Shown here piece by piece: positions 12,507 to 25,510 of a DNA stretch of 60,005 nucleotides. Within the stretch, counting starts at the first letter, position 1. Each line of letters begins with the position of its first letter. The position numbers and the translations under genes are program-made. This DNA is from Aplysia californica. Its lineage: Eukaryota. The stretch spans positions 92,087-152,091 of the forward strand of contig NW_004798067.1 of NCBI RefSeq assembly GCF_000002075.1, in the 5' to 3' direction. The notes below the pieces were generated by a model, which saw only the letters and a program-made list of their open reading frames with translations, did not search any database and was not told the DNA's origin.

Positions 12507-15500
12507 ATGGAGCCTGATGTTATTCCTCTGTCCGAGCAATCTGCCGAGAATAAAGTGATGCCATTGGAATCTAATACAAATGATGAAGAGGACTTCGATT
12601 TAGGAGCAAACGTTGTCCAGCTGCGTGTTACAGATGGCATTAGAGAACTTCAAACAGTTATACGCGACAAGTAAGTGTAATGAAATAGTGGGGCTCGTTA
12701 TGTCACTGATTCACTGATGACTGATGGTGATTTCAGCAGTATGTTACGTGTTAGACCTTGTGTTTTTTATTATTAATATTGCAGCCAGGAACAAGACCTC
12801 CATGTTTTCCCCTTCTGTACTTTGGGGACGTTCTGTTGTGGAATTAATTAATTGAATTTTGTGATTGCCCATGCCAGATGATGCCATGCCATATGTCTAG
12901 AACTCTACTCTACTTTAGAGATATATTATATTATTATAGATCTATAGAAGAGAATCTAGATTCTAGGGATAGAATCTAATCTAGACTAGATTTTCTAGAT
13001 CTAGAGAAGATCAGAAGATCTCTGTACTCTAACTCTAAACCAATCCCTCCGGTTACAAGTCAATTTAGTAGGTGGTAGATAGAGTCTAGAATCTAGGTCC
13101 AATTATGGCCCCGGCATGGTTCATCGGATGATGACAATCTGACTTTGTCGACTGAAAGACCAAATCAACAGAGAACGTTCGGAGAAATAGTGCCGATCGT
13201 TATTTTTATTGACAATTGAATGTAGAATAAAGATATCTAGATCTAGATCTATATCTAGATTGAAAGTGGCTATTCTCACCCGCCCGGAAGTTCTCGCAAG
13301 ATCAACTCCTCCCCTCTTCTCTCTCTCTCCGTCTCTTTCTGAATACTGTCTATCGGTGTGGACGATCAAATTGACCAAAACAAAGTTTAAAAATGATGTT
13401 AGAACACAAAAGTAAATAAATTTGGTTGTCTACAAAGATGCTACGGCTATTTAACTTTTCGAATCGAGCCGAACTACGCGGGTCACCATTTTGTTTTGCC
13501 CGGAAATTCTTGCGGTACTCCTCTCTCTCTTTCTCTCTCTCTCTCCACTGCCCACAGACAAAATTGTACGCTTTTAGTAGGCTACAATTGTAATGGAACG
13601 TTTGTTCATGGCACAGAATTCTACAATTTTTCTGTTATCACAGTGTAAAATTCTGTGGTTTAGGGTGAACGCGCACCGGGTGAGAATAGCCACAAGACTC
13701 GCCTGCACTATTCTCACTCCGGGTGAGAATAGAGGTGGCCATCTAGATTATAGATCTAGTGGAATTATAATTATTGTTCAATTGTAATTTTTTTGTTCAT
13801 CTTTAAAAAGGCTTAGCCTGTAGCCTTGCAGGCCTTGCCTGTAGTTACTAAAGCTAAACCACTATCTCTATGACTATGAATATGAGATACTGTACAGAAG
13901 AAGTAGGAGGCTAGAATCTAGATTCTAGTTTTTAGAGTTCCCAAAAACCCTCGTCCTGTAATTTTTATTTTTTCCCCATGACATGACCCATATGTGAAGC
14001 AAAAAGGCAGAGGAGTAGGATGACCCTGTGACAAATGACCTCTTCAAGTGTGTAGTGTAGTACCCGCTGTAAACCCGGCCGCTGTTTTATATAAAGGAGT
14101 CCATCCCTCATTTTTAAGGCCTTTTGCCCTCTCCGAAAAATGTAGTTAAATTGGTTTTGGGATTTTTATTACTATTACGAAGTGATTATTTCTCTGAACG
14201 CTGGGGAAAATATACTTGACCTCTATTTCTCCGAACGATTTTCGTATTTTTGGTTATTTGCGAGAGTTCGGCCCTGCCATTCTGCAAGGACTGGTAAGAA
14301 ACATTTTTTGCATCAAATTCAAACATAGAGCTGCTTATATAAACGGAGTAAGGAAGGGGGAGATATAGAGAATCAGAAAGACAGAGAGAGAGAGAGCAAA
14401 ACAAAGATATAGAGAAGTGTACAGTGGACGGCTTAAGTTGACAGGAGCAAGGAAAAGGGGGATGAAGAAATAAAGACATAGAATGAGAGAAAAACAGGGA
14501 AAGAAAGACAGACAGAGAGAAAGAGAGAGAGGGAATGGGAGGGAAAGAGAGAGAAAGAGAGGGAGTGGGAGGGAGAGAGACAGAGACGAGAGAGAAAACG
14601 ACAGTGAGTGAGAAAGAGAGAAAATAGGAGAGAGGAGACAGATAGGCAGACAGATCTATTGGAAACAGCCGGGTAGTAGTGCTGGGCGGTACCGGCGAAA
14701 CCCAGTGTCGGTACTTTCTCGGCACTGCCGAGAACCGCGGTACCGGTACTGGGAATGACACCAGGAGGTGACGTCACAGACTGCATCTCGCGTCGCCACG
14801 ATCAGCGCCGCCCGCATCCCCTACCAAACACACACACACACATAAGAATTGGAGAGACGTACTATGATGCAAAACACCTTTGAAGTTTGCTGCCGCGCGG
14901 GATTAAACTTAGCATGCAGAATTTTTTAAATGATTATTGCTGCTAAAAATTGATTTCATTTTCGGAATCAGCGTATCAAAATATGCAAAGTGGCTCGCGT
15001 AAAACCTGATTTGATGCCGTATTTAAATTTTATATTAAAGTAAGTACACTTTTTTTAAATTGTCAATTTTGAATCTGAAGTCATGTATCAAGGTCACCTG
15101 CTGCGTTGTGCATCTGATGTCACAGCTGCCAGGCCTAGGCCTACACACTGCACACTTCCCGTGGCCCAGTAAAAAACCGTTGGTGTCTGCTCCTTCCCAG
15201 AGCCGCTACTAACTGTTGGTGTCTTCTCCTTCCCAGAGGCGGTACTGGAGGTCAGGTGTTGGTACTGACCCCTCCTTCGGTAGAACTGGGAATTCCGGTA
15301 CTGGGTACCGGTACCTGCCCACCCCTACCAGATAGAGAAACACAGAGAAGGAACCAGCAGAGACAGAGAAAGAAATAAAAGCTGCCAGAGACAAGCAGGC
15401 ATAATAAGCCCCCTTGAGTATCGCTTGACCCACCTATAAATAAGCTTTTATATTTATGGCGCTCGACTGGTTCTTGTAGGAATTATTCCCACTTCCCGCC

Positions 15501-18024
15501 TGTTTCCACTGGCTCTTCGCAGTTTTTTTTAATGTGCGTGTGCCTTTACCCCCTACATGTTTTCAAACAAGAAACAAGCTGAAGATTCCCCCCCCCCCCC
15601 GATCTCGCAGCCCACTTCCCCTTTCCCCCAGGCTTTATTTTACAGAGCATTCAAAGAATAGAGTTCAAGTTTATTTTTACTGAGTGTTCGAAGAAAAATA
15701 GAGTGAATGTTTATTTTCTCGAGCATTCGGAGAAATAGAGCCGGCCTTTTTATCAAAGCAAGGTTGAAATGGAGGGAGGGGAGTGAAGGCAGGTGTGCTA
15801 GCTAGTGACAGCCTTAGAGGATATATTCAGTTGATTTTTGTTGTATGTATGTTCGTCCACACCTGTTATTCGTGTGTCCTCAAGTACCTATGTTGTTCAC
15901 GTATTCACAGGTATACCTGTGTCAAGCGTGACTTTGTATTGTTATTGAAATAAAAGACATAATAAATTCGAAACAAAGACTGTGAAAGTTATTTAAGCCT
16001 AATATCTACCCGCGGCTCTGACCATTTTTTCACTACCCCTTGTTTCTTTCGAGTGGATCTATGGGTACTTTCATAACTGGTGCACCTTGTATATTTCCTC
16101 ACACAACTGAATTTTAAAGAAAAATAAATTGTATATTATTTTTCTCTCACAGGTCGACACCGCGGAATGACTTCATTTTCTATGCTGACCGCCTTGTGAG
16201 TTTCATTTTGATTCCGGTATTTTTATCATCCAAAAAGGAAGAACTTCAGTAACAAACGACCTCCCCAACAAAAACGCAATAAAGAGGAGACCTAGCCCTC
16301 TGTTCTACTCTGTCTCTTAGTGGTTGCTCGTTACGGAAGTCCTCCCTCCAAAATAAAATAAAATGTAGAAGAATCTAGTTCAAATTTTACTGTATAAAAA
16401 TTGATGTCTATGTGATGGGAAATGGATATTGGTTGTTGGTATAATTCTTTAAAAGGTCTGGTCCAACAATCATAAATGTCTTGTGTTGTCGCATTCATTG
16501 TTTAAAATTATTTATATTTTATATATTAATATGAAAATTGAATTCAAAATTTGTTACATGATATTATAACAATAAAGATACAAGCTATATAGATATAGAA
16601 TATATAAGATATAGTATCCCACAGAAAGTAAGATGATTGATGGAATCCAACTTGAATCATGATGGTCTTTTGTATGTTACTTAATTTCTTGAGCATTACC
16701 GTTATGCCACAGATGGCTTTGAGGTAACATACTCTGACGCTGATTTCACCTGGGATGTTTGCACTGAGAGGGGCAGATGTGTTTATATATTAATTAATTA
16801 TATAATACGATTATGAGATTGTTGAAGTATTTCTTGTCTCCACAGATAAGACTTGTTGTAGAAGAGGGTTTGAACAAGCTTCCTTACAGAGAATGTTCAG
16901 TGACAACTCCCACAGGTTAGTTAGACTAAAAGCCTTACCACTTGTACTACTTATTTTTGTTGAGATTCATGGAATCACCCCTCTGTGTTCTCTGCTTGAC
17001 AGTGTAATTATAGGTTCGTTGGAAAACTGTAAGTTCTCCCAGATTATTTTGAACAAATACAACAATAGAGTCAAAAAGGGAAGAAATGGGATGCAGTGTG
17101 TATCGATGGTGTTCTGCTCAACAGGAGGAAATGATTCAACCTGTATTTTGTTTTAAAACCATTGCCAAAGTCATTCTGTGGATCCTTTAAAAAATTTCAA
17201 AATTCACCAAACACTTAATAGTTGTTATTCAAAGACTGATGGAAGTTGGACTTTTCTGGTACCCTTCTCTTGAAGCTGGGGTTCATTTCAAGTTCATGAG
17301 GAATTCATTTGAAAAATCGTTTCTCTAAGCTCTTGACCAGTTTTCCTGGTGTGATCCCATAGTGACACTGTGTGTCCCGAAGCATTGAGTTCCAGTATAT
17401 CTCATTAGGTTCTCAAGTGAAGTTGTTGAAAATTTTATAAATATCAGAGTTTGATTTTTATATATTTGTTTTTATGATAAATTGAAACTTACTTTCCTGT
17501 TCTTATAGAAATAGCAATGTAAAACTGAAGCTGAAAGGAAATAGGAACCTTAAATTTATTTATGTGGCTTGCAGTTCATGTCCAATTATAACATATGGTT
17601 TCATTCAATTAAAACTTAGGTGTTTTATGATAAACTTTGTCTGCTTGATCCTTGAAGAACACCTGCGTGCTTTCAGGGTTGTTGTTTTTTTTTCAATTGT
17701 TTGAATTCAATTTTCAGCTGGTCTTGACTCAACTTTTTTATTCTGTATATCAGGTCATACCTATGACGGTCTTCGGTATGAGAAAGGAAATTGTGGTGTC
17801 AGCATCGTTCGAAGTGGTGAGTTGTGTTTTGCATTTTCCATATGGTCCTTTTTCCAGAAATGTTCAGGTTACCTTTGTAATGAAACCTGTTCTTAAATAT
17901 CAATCAATACTGAGACAGGTTGAAATATCAAGTTAACATGATTTGTTACTAACAGTTGAAACGTGTTTGATATAGGAACCTGTTTGTTTCTCCTGACTTG
18001 AGTTGGTCAAAAGTGATGTCAGTG

Positions 18025-18063
<39 letters not shown>

Positions 18064-20812
18064 AATATAGATGGCCACCTGTGTCAATGGGCTTGTATGT
18101 GTATGTGCACAAGGTGTGTATAGTTATAGTAAAACAAATGTGCTGTGTATGTGTGTAAATGTCTGAAATGTGGCTTACAGTTCATGTCCAATTATAACAT
18201 ATGGTTTCATTCAATTAAAACTTAGGTGTTTTATGATAAACTTTGCTTGATCCTTGAAAAACACCTGCATGCTTTCAGGGGTTGGTTTTTTTTGGTGCTT
18301 TATTAGTCTATGATGAAAGTATAATGTACTCATTGTACACTTGTTTCTATCTATTCCTAATGGCAATATAAATAAAACTGCTTGTGTGCCACAGGGGAAG
18401 CCATGGAGCAAGGGCTGCGCGACTGTTGCCGGTCAATACGGATAGGGAAAATATTGATCCAGAGTGACGAGGATACTCACGATGCCAAAGTGGTCTACGC
18501 AAATCTCCCAAAGGACATTCACCAACGCAAAGTTTTGCTGATGTATCCCATCATGTGTAAGTTTCTGATCCAGCTGCTGATCTCAAGGCTGCTGGATGGG
18601 AAGATAGATCTTCAACATGACTGTTTTGTTATTATGATGATGGGTGGTCGGCGGGTGCTCTGGTATGGTTTGCTCCTTCTTTCCTATCAAAATATCTGTC
18701 ATCCTTATCTCCCCTCTTTCTTTTTTGTGTATGTTACTCTCTTGTAACACATAATCTATTCTTCAGCGCTTATATGACCTTATTGTGTTGCAAGTGCGGT
18801 AAAGCTCTTACTAAAACTTTTTTAATGGTCTCTTCAACAGGGTTATTTTATTATTATAATGATTATGGTCTCTTCAACACTGCTATTTTATTGTTATGAT
18901 GATGATCATCTCTTCAACATGGCTATTTTATTGTTATGATGGTCTGTTCTATTGGGGCTCTGGTGCCTCTGGTGTAACAGTGAGGCTTGTCGCCATTTTG
19001 TAGAAAAAAATGTAAGTCAGATTTCCAAATGGGGAAGTCTATTTTATCTAGTGTCTTCATCTTTTTGTTCAGATACTCATTGTAAGCAGCTGTGTCACTA
19101 AATTAATGTTTTTCAAGGTGGGCGAGATATTGAGAGAAAGCCTTGTGCAGGCCGGATGACTGTTTTCTTGAGTACAGTACACTGATGTGTTCAATGGAAT
19201 ATTGGTCTTCATAAAGCTGGGCAAGAGTGTGATGAGTTTGGAAGTCTATAAAATCACGTTTAATTTTCACGGTAGATTAGATGAAAGGATTCAATTATTT
19301 TGTTGACCAAGTCCTAAGCACGCTACAATCTTATCTTCCATGTTGGTTGGGATTTTTTTCCTTGCTTGGTAGCATGGCGATGGGCTAGACGAACTGAGCT
19401 TGTTGGCTGTAGTTTGTTGACTCCTGTCCTACTGGCAGGGTACATTCTGTCAACTCCTGTCTTGCAGGAAGGAAAAAACAGGCTGCCTCCTAAATGCTGT
19501 AAATTATATCGTGTGGGGGCATTAAACATTTACTGTTATCGTTATTTTATTGTCACCGATAAATAGCGTTGCTTTTTTAGTTCCTGATACTCTGAAGGGA
19601 TCTAGCTTACTGTCTGTCAATTTGGTCTTCAACTGCATTTCCCTAGGTTCTATGGATGACAGTATGAGCTGAGATTTTAACCTACGGTGTATATTCGCCG
19701 TTTTTTTTATCTGTTGAAAGTGTCATTGTGTTTACAAAATGATCCCTGGAGCACTGAGTTGAAGAAATCTCGTTGTACTTTCCTCAGGCACAGGCAACAC
19801 AGTGGTGAAAGCTGTCAGGATCCTGGCCATGCACAACGTCAAGCAGGAGAACATCATCTTGTTAAATCTCTTCTGCACCCCTCATGGTAATTATACTTGT
19901 GCTTGTTTCTAAAAGAAAACTTGTGTCCTTGTTTTTTTCTTTGTGTCTCCTGCGTGTCCATTAACACAGAGACATTAGTAAACTGTCCTGGGTAACTAGC
20001 TCAGCTGAAAATCAGTGCTGACAGAAGGAATGCATTATACCCCCTGGCAATGAAAAAGTTAAGGAAAGTAGATAAGGTGTGGGATTTTGTACAAATTGTC
20101 TTGAAATGTTCAGTTGTGTGGCCCAAATTGATGGTTGCTCTGTCAATAGTTGGATGTTTACAGGGCAGAGTTGCTGTCAGCTGTGGGTCTGACCATGTGA
20201 CTGGGGACAGATGTGTGCTCTGTGCGCTGTGTGGGTGGAAAGTGTTACGCCTACCTCAAATTTAATTCCACAGAGCTTTGTATTTAATTTGATGGGACAT
20301 AAGTTGTTGCTACTTATTTGTACCCATGCATTGTCCCTGCACAGAACAGTCCTTATTGCATCATCGGGGAGTGCCTGTAAAGAAGTAAATGACAAAAAGA
20401 GAAGCAGCTGTCATGAATCGTTTTAAATACCTTACTGTGATGTCAAATGTTAAGATCTTAAATTTGTGACCGTGTTTCTTTCACTTTGTTTATTTGTGAA
20501 TTAACATGTATATCTTTGCTTCATAGTTTGAAGCTCACCCATCCAAAGCCACAATGTTAGGATTAGTGTTTTTTACACAATTCTGTCTATGTCATTCTTA
20601 TGATATTACTGCTAGCTGTTTTTTTAACTGATCTTATGCTTGAAATGATGATTCCTGTGACTTTACTGATGCTGACTGATGCACTTTGTCTGTTTTATAT
20701 TTCAGGGGCCAAAAAAATCATCGCCGAGTTCCCTGGCTTGAGAATTTTGACTTCAGAAATTCATCCTATTTCACCGAGTCATTTCGGACAGAAATATTTT
20801 GGCACGGACTAA
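12507..20812 (+). CDS. UPRT: Uracil phosphoribosyltransferase homolog, 235 aa; join of 12507-12670, 16153-16195, 16846-16915, 17754-17816, 18395-18556, 19788-19886, 20706-20812
   Basis: Seven GT-AG exons (708 nt) in a continuous frame: [78 protein letters not shown], and C-terminal HFGQKYFGTD as in animal UPRT. Confidence 0.96.
13262..13742. mobile_element. Dispersed non-autonomous DNA element with tattctcacc/ggtgagaata inverted motifs
   Basis: Nearly identical to 47436-47930. Confidence 0.8.
14060..15745. mobile_element. Probable non-autonomous DNA transposon with subterminal inverted repeats and an internal GA-rich tract
   Basis: ctctatttctccgaacg (~14221) is inverted relative to cattcggagaaatagag (~15724); repeated ggtaccggtac motifs; purine tract ~14350-14650. 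Boundaries approximate. Confidence 0.45.
17562..17693 (+). repeat. ~125-bp intronic duplication, copy 1 (UPRT intron 3)
   Basis: Near-identical to 18168-18292. Confidence 0.85.
18168..18292 (+). repeat. ~125-bp intronic duplication, copy 2 (UPRT intron 4)
   Basis: Near-identical to 17562-17693. Confidence 0.85.
18641..18816 (+). mobile_element. ~175-bp dispersed retroposon 3' end (SINE/LINE tail)
   Basis: tgggtggt...tggtttgct...cttactaaaac; homologous copies in the opposite orientation at 31851-32018, 32025-32196 and 39552-39735, plus a fragment near 53512-53555. Confidence 0.65.
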
Positions 20813-21681
20813 AGATCTGCTTCAAGATTCATCTCATTGCAGCCAGCAGGCAGTGGGAGGTCTAGACACGGGTCTGCAGTGTTAAACATCCCCTGAAGCT
20901 ATCGGACAGCGGACAAGCAGTCAGGGGGACTCGAGTGTGTTCAAAGCAATTGCAGAATCATTTGTTTGGAAATTACGATTTGGTCCTTAGATTTAAAACA
21001 GCCTTGTCAAAGAGCCTGCTTCACCAGACCCGGACTTGTCAAGCGTGTGTGCATCAGGCACTGGTTGAATCGTGCTGTTGTTTATTTACAATTGATATTC
21101 CCTTCTAGTAATGGATGATTCTGATCATATGTTGTGTTCCACTTTGAAAATTTGTCTAAAATTCTCTATCAGCAATGTTTGTGTTTTCAATCAAATTTTT
21201 TAGTTTGTCTTCTGTCCTTTTCTGTAAAATGAGATATATCAGCCATCTTGAGATTCTATTTTTATGTAACCAAGCGACGAAAGAAATCTCTCCACATGTC
21301 ATAGAGTGAGGAAAGTTCCGAATGTCTGGACAAGATAGATCAGGAACTGCCAGACTCAAATTTGGCAGCTTCTTGTTTCCTAGCACAGTGCAGACATGGT
21401 TTTGTTTTAAATGATTTACAACATAAAGATCTCATTTGTCAAGTATCGTAGAATTAGGATGTACCCGTGTCAAGTTTGAAGTGGTGTGGATAATTCGGAG
21501 CGGTGTGTGAATGGAGAGACGTCGGCTACTCAGCCTCAAATATTTTCAGCATCCGTCTTGTTTACTCAAATCAAGATTCACTAGTAAAGATATTGTGACA
21601 GGAGAAACTGTTTTTGTTCGTTAGAGTTTTACAAAAATTTAGATGTTAGTGGAGAGTTAACAAATAACTCGCTGTTGTCCT

Positions 21682-21890
21682 GTGGTTGGCTCTCATGTAC
21701 TTTCTGTATAGTGGTTGGCTCCTGTAGTTTCTGTATAGTGGCTGGCTCCTGTACTTTCTGTATAGTGGTTGGCTGTATAGTGGCTGGCTCTCCTGTACTT
21801 TCTGTATAGTGGTTGGCTCTCCTGTACTTTCTGTATAGTGGCTGGCTCTCCTGTACTTTCTGTATAGTGGCTGGCTCCTGCACTTTCTGT
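21682..21890. repeat. 27-29-bp minisatellite, ~8 copies
   Basis: Unit gtggctggctctcctgtactttctgtata. Confidence 0.9.
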
Positions 21891-24218
21891 GTGTCACGAC
21901 AATCTATCTCAAAGGCTCCACTGAAATAAGGAGGAATGGTTTATTTTTACTTTCAGCTGCTTTTCCTGCAACCACTCTAGCACTTTGACCGTAATTTTCA
22001 CGTTGGGGGCAGGGTAACTCATGTTGTCCAAATATGTTTGGTTTTACAGCTTTCCCTCTCCAAAGCTCTATTCTCAAAGACAAAGTATGTTTTCTTCTTC
22101 TATCCTTACCACAAGTGGACATAGGCCAAAAACAGCTGGACTTGACTGTGTCTGTTTTTGATGAATTTGAAAATTTTGCTAGTATTATGTTTCTTCCTTT
22201 GCAGGTCTAGGTGACTGCTTTTCTTTAGATTTGGACAATTTTGGTGCTATCAATGTTTTTGGGATAAACTGATCTTTTCATTTTATCTTGCACGATTCTA
22301 CCTTCCTGGAGGGTTCCTCTTTTCTTGTGTAAAAAAAACTGGTGCATGAAAAAAAAAACCTACTTATTTTTGTAGTATGAGGGGGGGGGGGTAGGGTAGT
22401 GATAAATAGGAATTTTTGGTCAGGGGTTGGGTTGTGCCCTCTGACCTCTAGGGGGAAAAATTAAACAATAGAATTGTGGGTTCAATGAGATGAATACATG
22501 TATGAATGTTGAAATTACAAAAGTGTCAACTTGACACATATGTTATGTTATACTTTGTGTGTCCCTGTGGGTCGATGGAATTTATAAGAGCAGATGCACA
22601 AAACTTGAACTGACACCAGTGAATAAAGATTCTAGATATGTTGCTGTCCCAGAATGTCATATGGTGTCCGAGTCCAAGCAAGTTATTGAAATGAAAACCA
22701 TACTGCTGTTTTATTTATAGCCATACCTTTAATTTTTAAAGAAAACGCTTTTTTTGTTTTGGTCATAGCCATTTTTTTTTTTTACAAAAATGTTATGTAC
22801 TTGATACAGCCTTCTACTGGCAAGAGAATAATATTTTTTTCCTCCACTCTATGAGTTCAGAACGGCAATAAATAGAGTCAGCAGTGTCAAAGAATACATT
22901 TATAAAAGGACGTTATGCTGAAAGGGGCGTGAGGCTCGATCCCCGTGGCGACCAGTTGTTCTTTCATGGCGTTCTCACTCTGTATCATGTTTGCTGCTGT
23001 TGTGACGTCATTTACAAGCAAGCTGTCTGTGTAATTCATTCCAACATGATAGGTGTTTTGGAACCGGAATAGATTTTCTTAATTTCTGTTCGAGTTTGTT
23101 ATTGTTGAGCTTTGAAACAGGAAGGTCAGATGAAAATGATCTTGGGAGGGGGTGTCTTGATTTCCTGACATTACAATGTATTATTGAAGGTGTCGGGGCA
23201 TTCATCTATTTTTTAATTTATTTTTAGCTTATTTTTGTTGTTTTAGTTGTATCCTTGTGATTATTGTGAAGTTACGTTTACATTGTCAGTGCATTGTACT
23301 TGCATGTTGTTAGGTTTTTATTTTTGCTGAGGTTATCTTTGTGTTCATTTTGTATCAGTTTTGTTCACCATACTTCCTTCTTTGTTGCAATGTTTGTTTA
23401 TTGATGCTTTGAGTAAATTGAATGATGGCTGCTTTTTTTTTTTGATAACTATGATCATACATGAATGTTACAAATCTTCCCTGATATGGTAGGTCAATGT
23501 TTTGCCTTGTAAAAATATTGTGGAGGGTGAAGGACTATTGCTGAACATTACGTAGTTCATTACGAGTAATCTTTCATGCTTGTACTTCTTCTGCAGCTTA
23601 GGCATCCAAAGTATCTCCGAACTGGCAAGAAGAAAGTGCAATTTGCATTAGTTACTACTTGGTTGCATTTTGAGTTTGGTTCTAAATTTAATTTATATGC
23701 ATTTGATTGAAAGCCAGGAGAATGTGTGCAATACTGGTTTTAGTTACTGTTCCTGGCTCATCTCTCTCTCTTTTTTATACCAGTCTTTAACTTACTAGTT
23801 GGAATGTGGCATTGATATTGTGCACCCACTCTGTAAAACCCCTCTGAACTCTTCTCTGTGTGAGCGCCCGTGATCACACACGGGGCTGAGCTGCCAGAGG
23901 AAGATGATATCATGGGAACATGGAGTGGAAGGCATCATGTATAGAGGAGTTGATTAATCTAACTTTTTAGACCGCTCATTCTTTGAGACCCGGGGGTCTA
24001 CAAACTATGGCCTGGGGATCGTATTTAGTCAGCGTGGTCGGTTGGTTTGGACCTGATCATCGTTATGTAACAGAATCTTTTCATTGAACTCTCTACAATG
24101 CAAATTAAACATGCTTTTATATAGACTTATAGACTCTGTAACTTTTGGCCAGTGCATTTACTATTTAGTCCGTGTATTGTATTCAACAAAATAGCTATCT
24201 GGCTCATGCCCGGCATTT

Positions 24219-24473
24219 TCTCTCAGTGATTTGACACACTCTAACCAAAGGTTGGTGGCCTCTCTGTTATTTGACACACTTTGACCAAAGTTTGGTGGCC
24301 TCTCTGTCATTTGACACACTCTAACCAAAGGTTGGTGGCCTCTCTCAGTTATTTGACACACTTTGACCAAAGTTTGGTGGCCTCTCTCAGTCATTTGACA
24401 CACTTTGACCAAAGTTTGGTGGCGTCTCTCAGTCATTTAACAGACACGCTTTGACCAAAGTTTGGTTGCCTCT
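24219..24473. repeat. 39-bp minisatellite, ~6 copies
   Basis: Unit ~ctctcagtcatttgacacactttgaccaaagtttggtggc. Confidence 0.9.
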
Positions 24474-25054
24474 GGCCCGGACAACCATCAAGGGGTGTGA
24501 GATGAGACCCCGGCTAGCGTGAGTGTGAGGAAGATAGTAAAGTAGGCTCTTGTGGAATAACTCATCATCTTTTTTTGTGATGGTATTTTATGCTTATTAG
24601 AAATTTAATCAGTTGCTGAGGAAAAGGGGAGGGGGGAGGGTGTTACTGGTATTCTGAAGGTAATAAGTGTTGGTTCAGTTAACTGACTGGAGGTACAGGA
24701 GATAGAAAAGTACGAAAAGCATTGACTCTTGCTTAAAGTTAAAGTGTTTATTTTCTCATCATGTGCGTTTGTTTGTTTAATGCTTTTATACATATCTGAT
24801 TCCAGATGCTCAAAAGGAGAGATGGAGCTCAAAATTCATATCTCGCATGAATGTGACAAGTGTTCAAAGTCATGCTCAAAGTACACTGCAAACCAACTGG
24901 ATATCAATTCTATCCTGACAGAATACTAATCATTGCTGCTGTAAGGAGCTTAAAGTTAGAGAAATGTGTCTTGCAGTTTGCTTTGTGGACTTGTCCCACT
25001 GTCAGCAGGTACAAAGTTCACCTGCGGGATGGCTCCACGTGGTGGTCTCCGCCA

Positions 25055-25510
25055 AGTGGATGGTTTCGTCTCCGTTCAAGACTCCACTGAGTGGATGGTT
25101 TCGTCTCTGTTCAAGACTCCACTTCGTGGATGGTTTCATCTCCGTTCAGTCTCCACTCTGTGGATGGTTTCATCTCCGTTCAGTCTCCACTCCGTGGATG
25201 GTTTCGCCTCCGTTCAGACTCCACTCTGTGGGTGGTTTCATCTCCGTTCAGTCTCCACTCTGTGGATGGTTTCATCTCCGTTCAGTCCCCACTTTGTGGA
25301 TGGTTTCATCTCCGTTCGGTCTCCACTCTGTGGATGGTTTCATCTCCGTTCGGTCTCCACTCTGTGGATGGTTTCATCTCCGTTCAGTCTCCACTCTGTG
25401 GATGGTTTCGCCTCCGTTCAGACTCCACTCTGTGGATGGTTTCATCTCCGTTCAGTCTCCACTCTGTGGATGGTTTCGTCTCCGTGCAGACTCCACTCTG
25501 TGGATCGTTT
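25055..25510. repeat. 34-bp minisatellite, ~13 copies
   Basis: Unit gtggatggtttcatctccgttcagtctccactct; explains the three overlapping plus-strand ORFs with 34-aa periodicity. Confidence 0.93.

Noticed and set aside
14186-14786. 191-aa and 117-aa Ser/Leu-rich ORFs
   Set aside because: Translation of a GA-rich low-complexity tract inside a repeat element.
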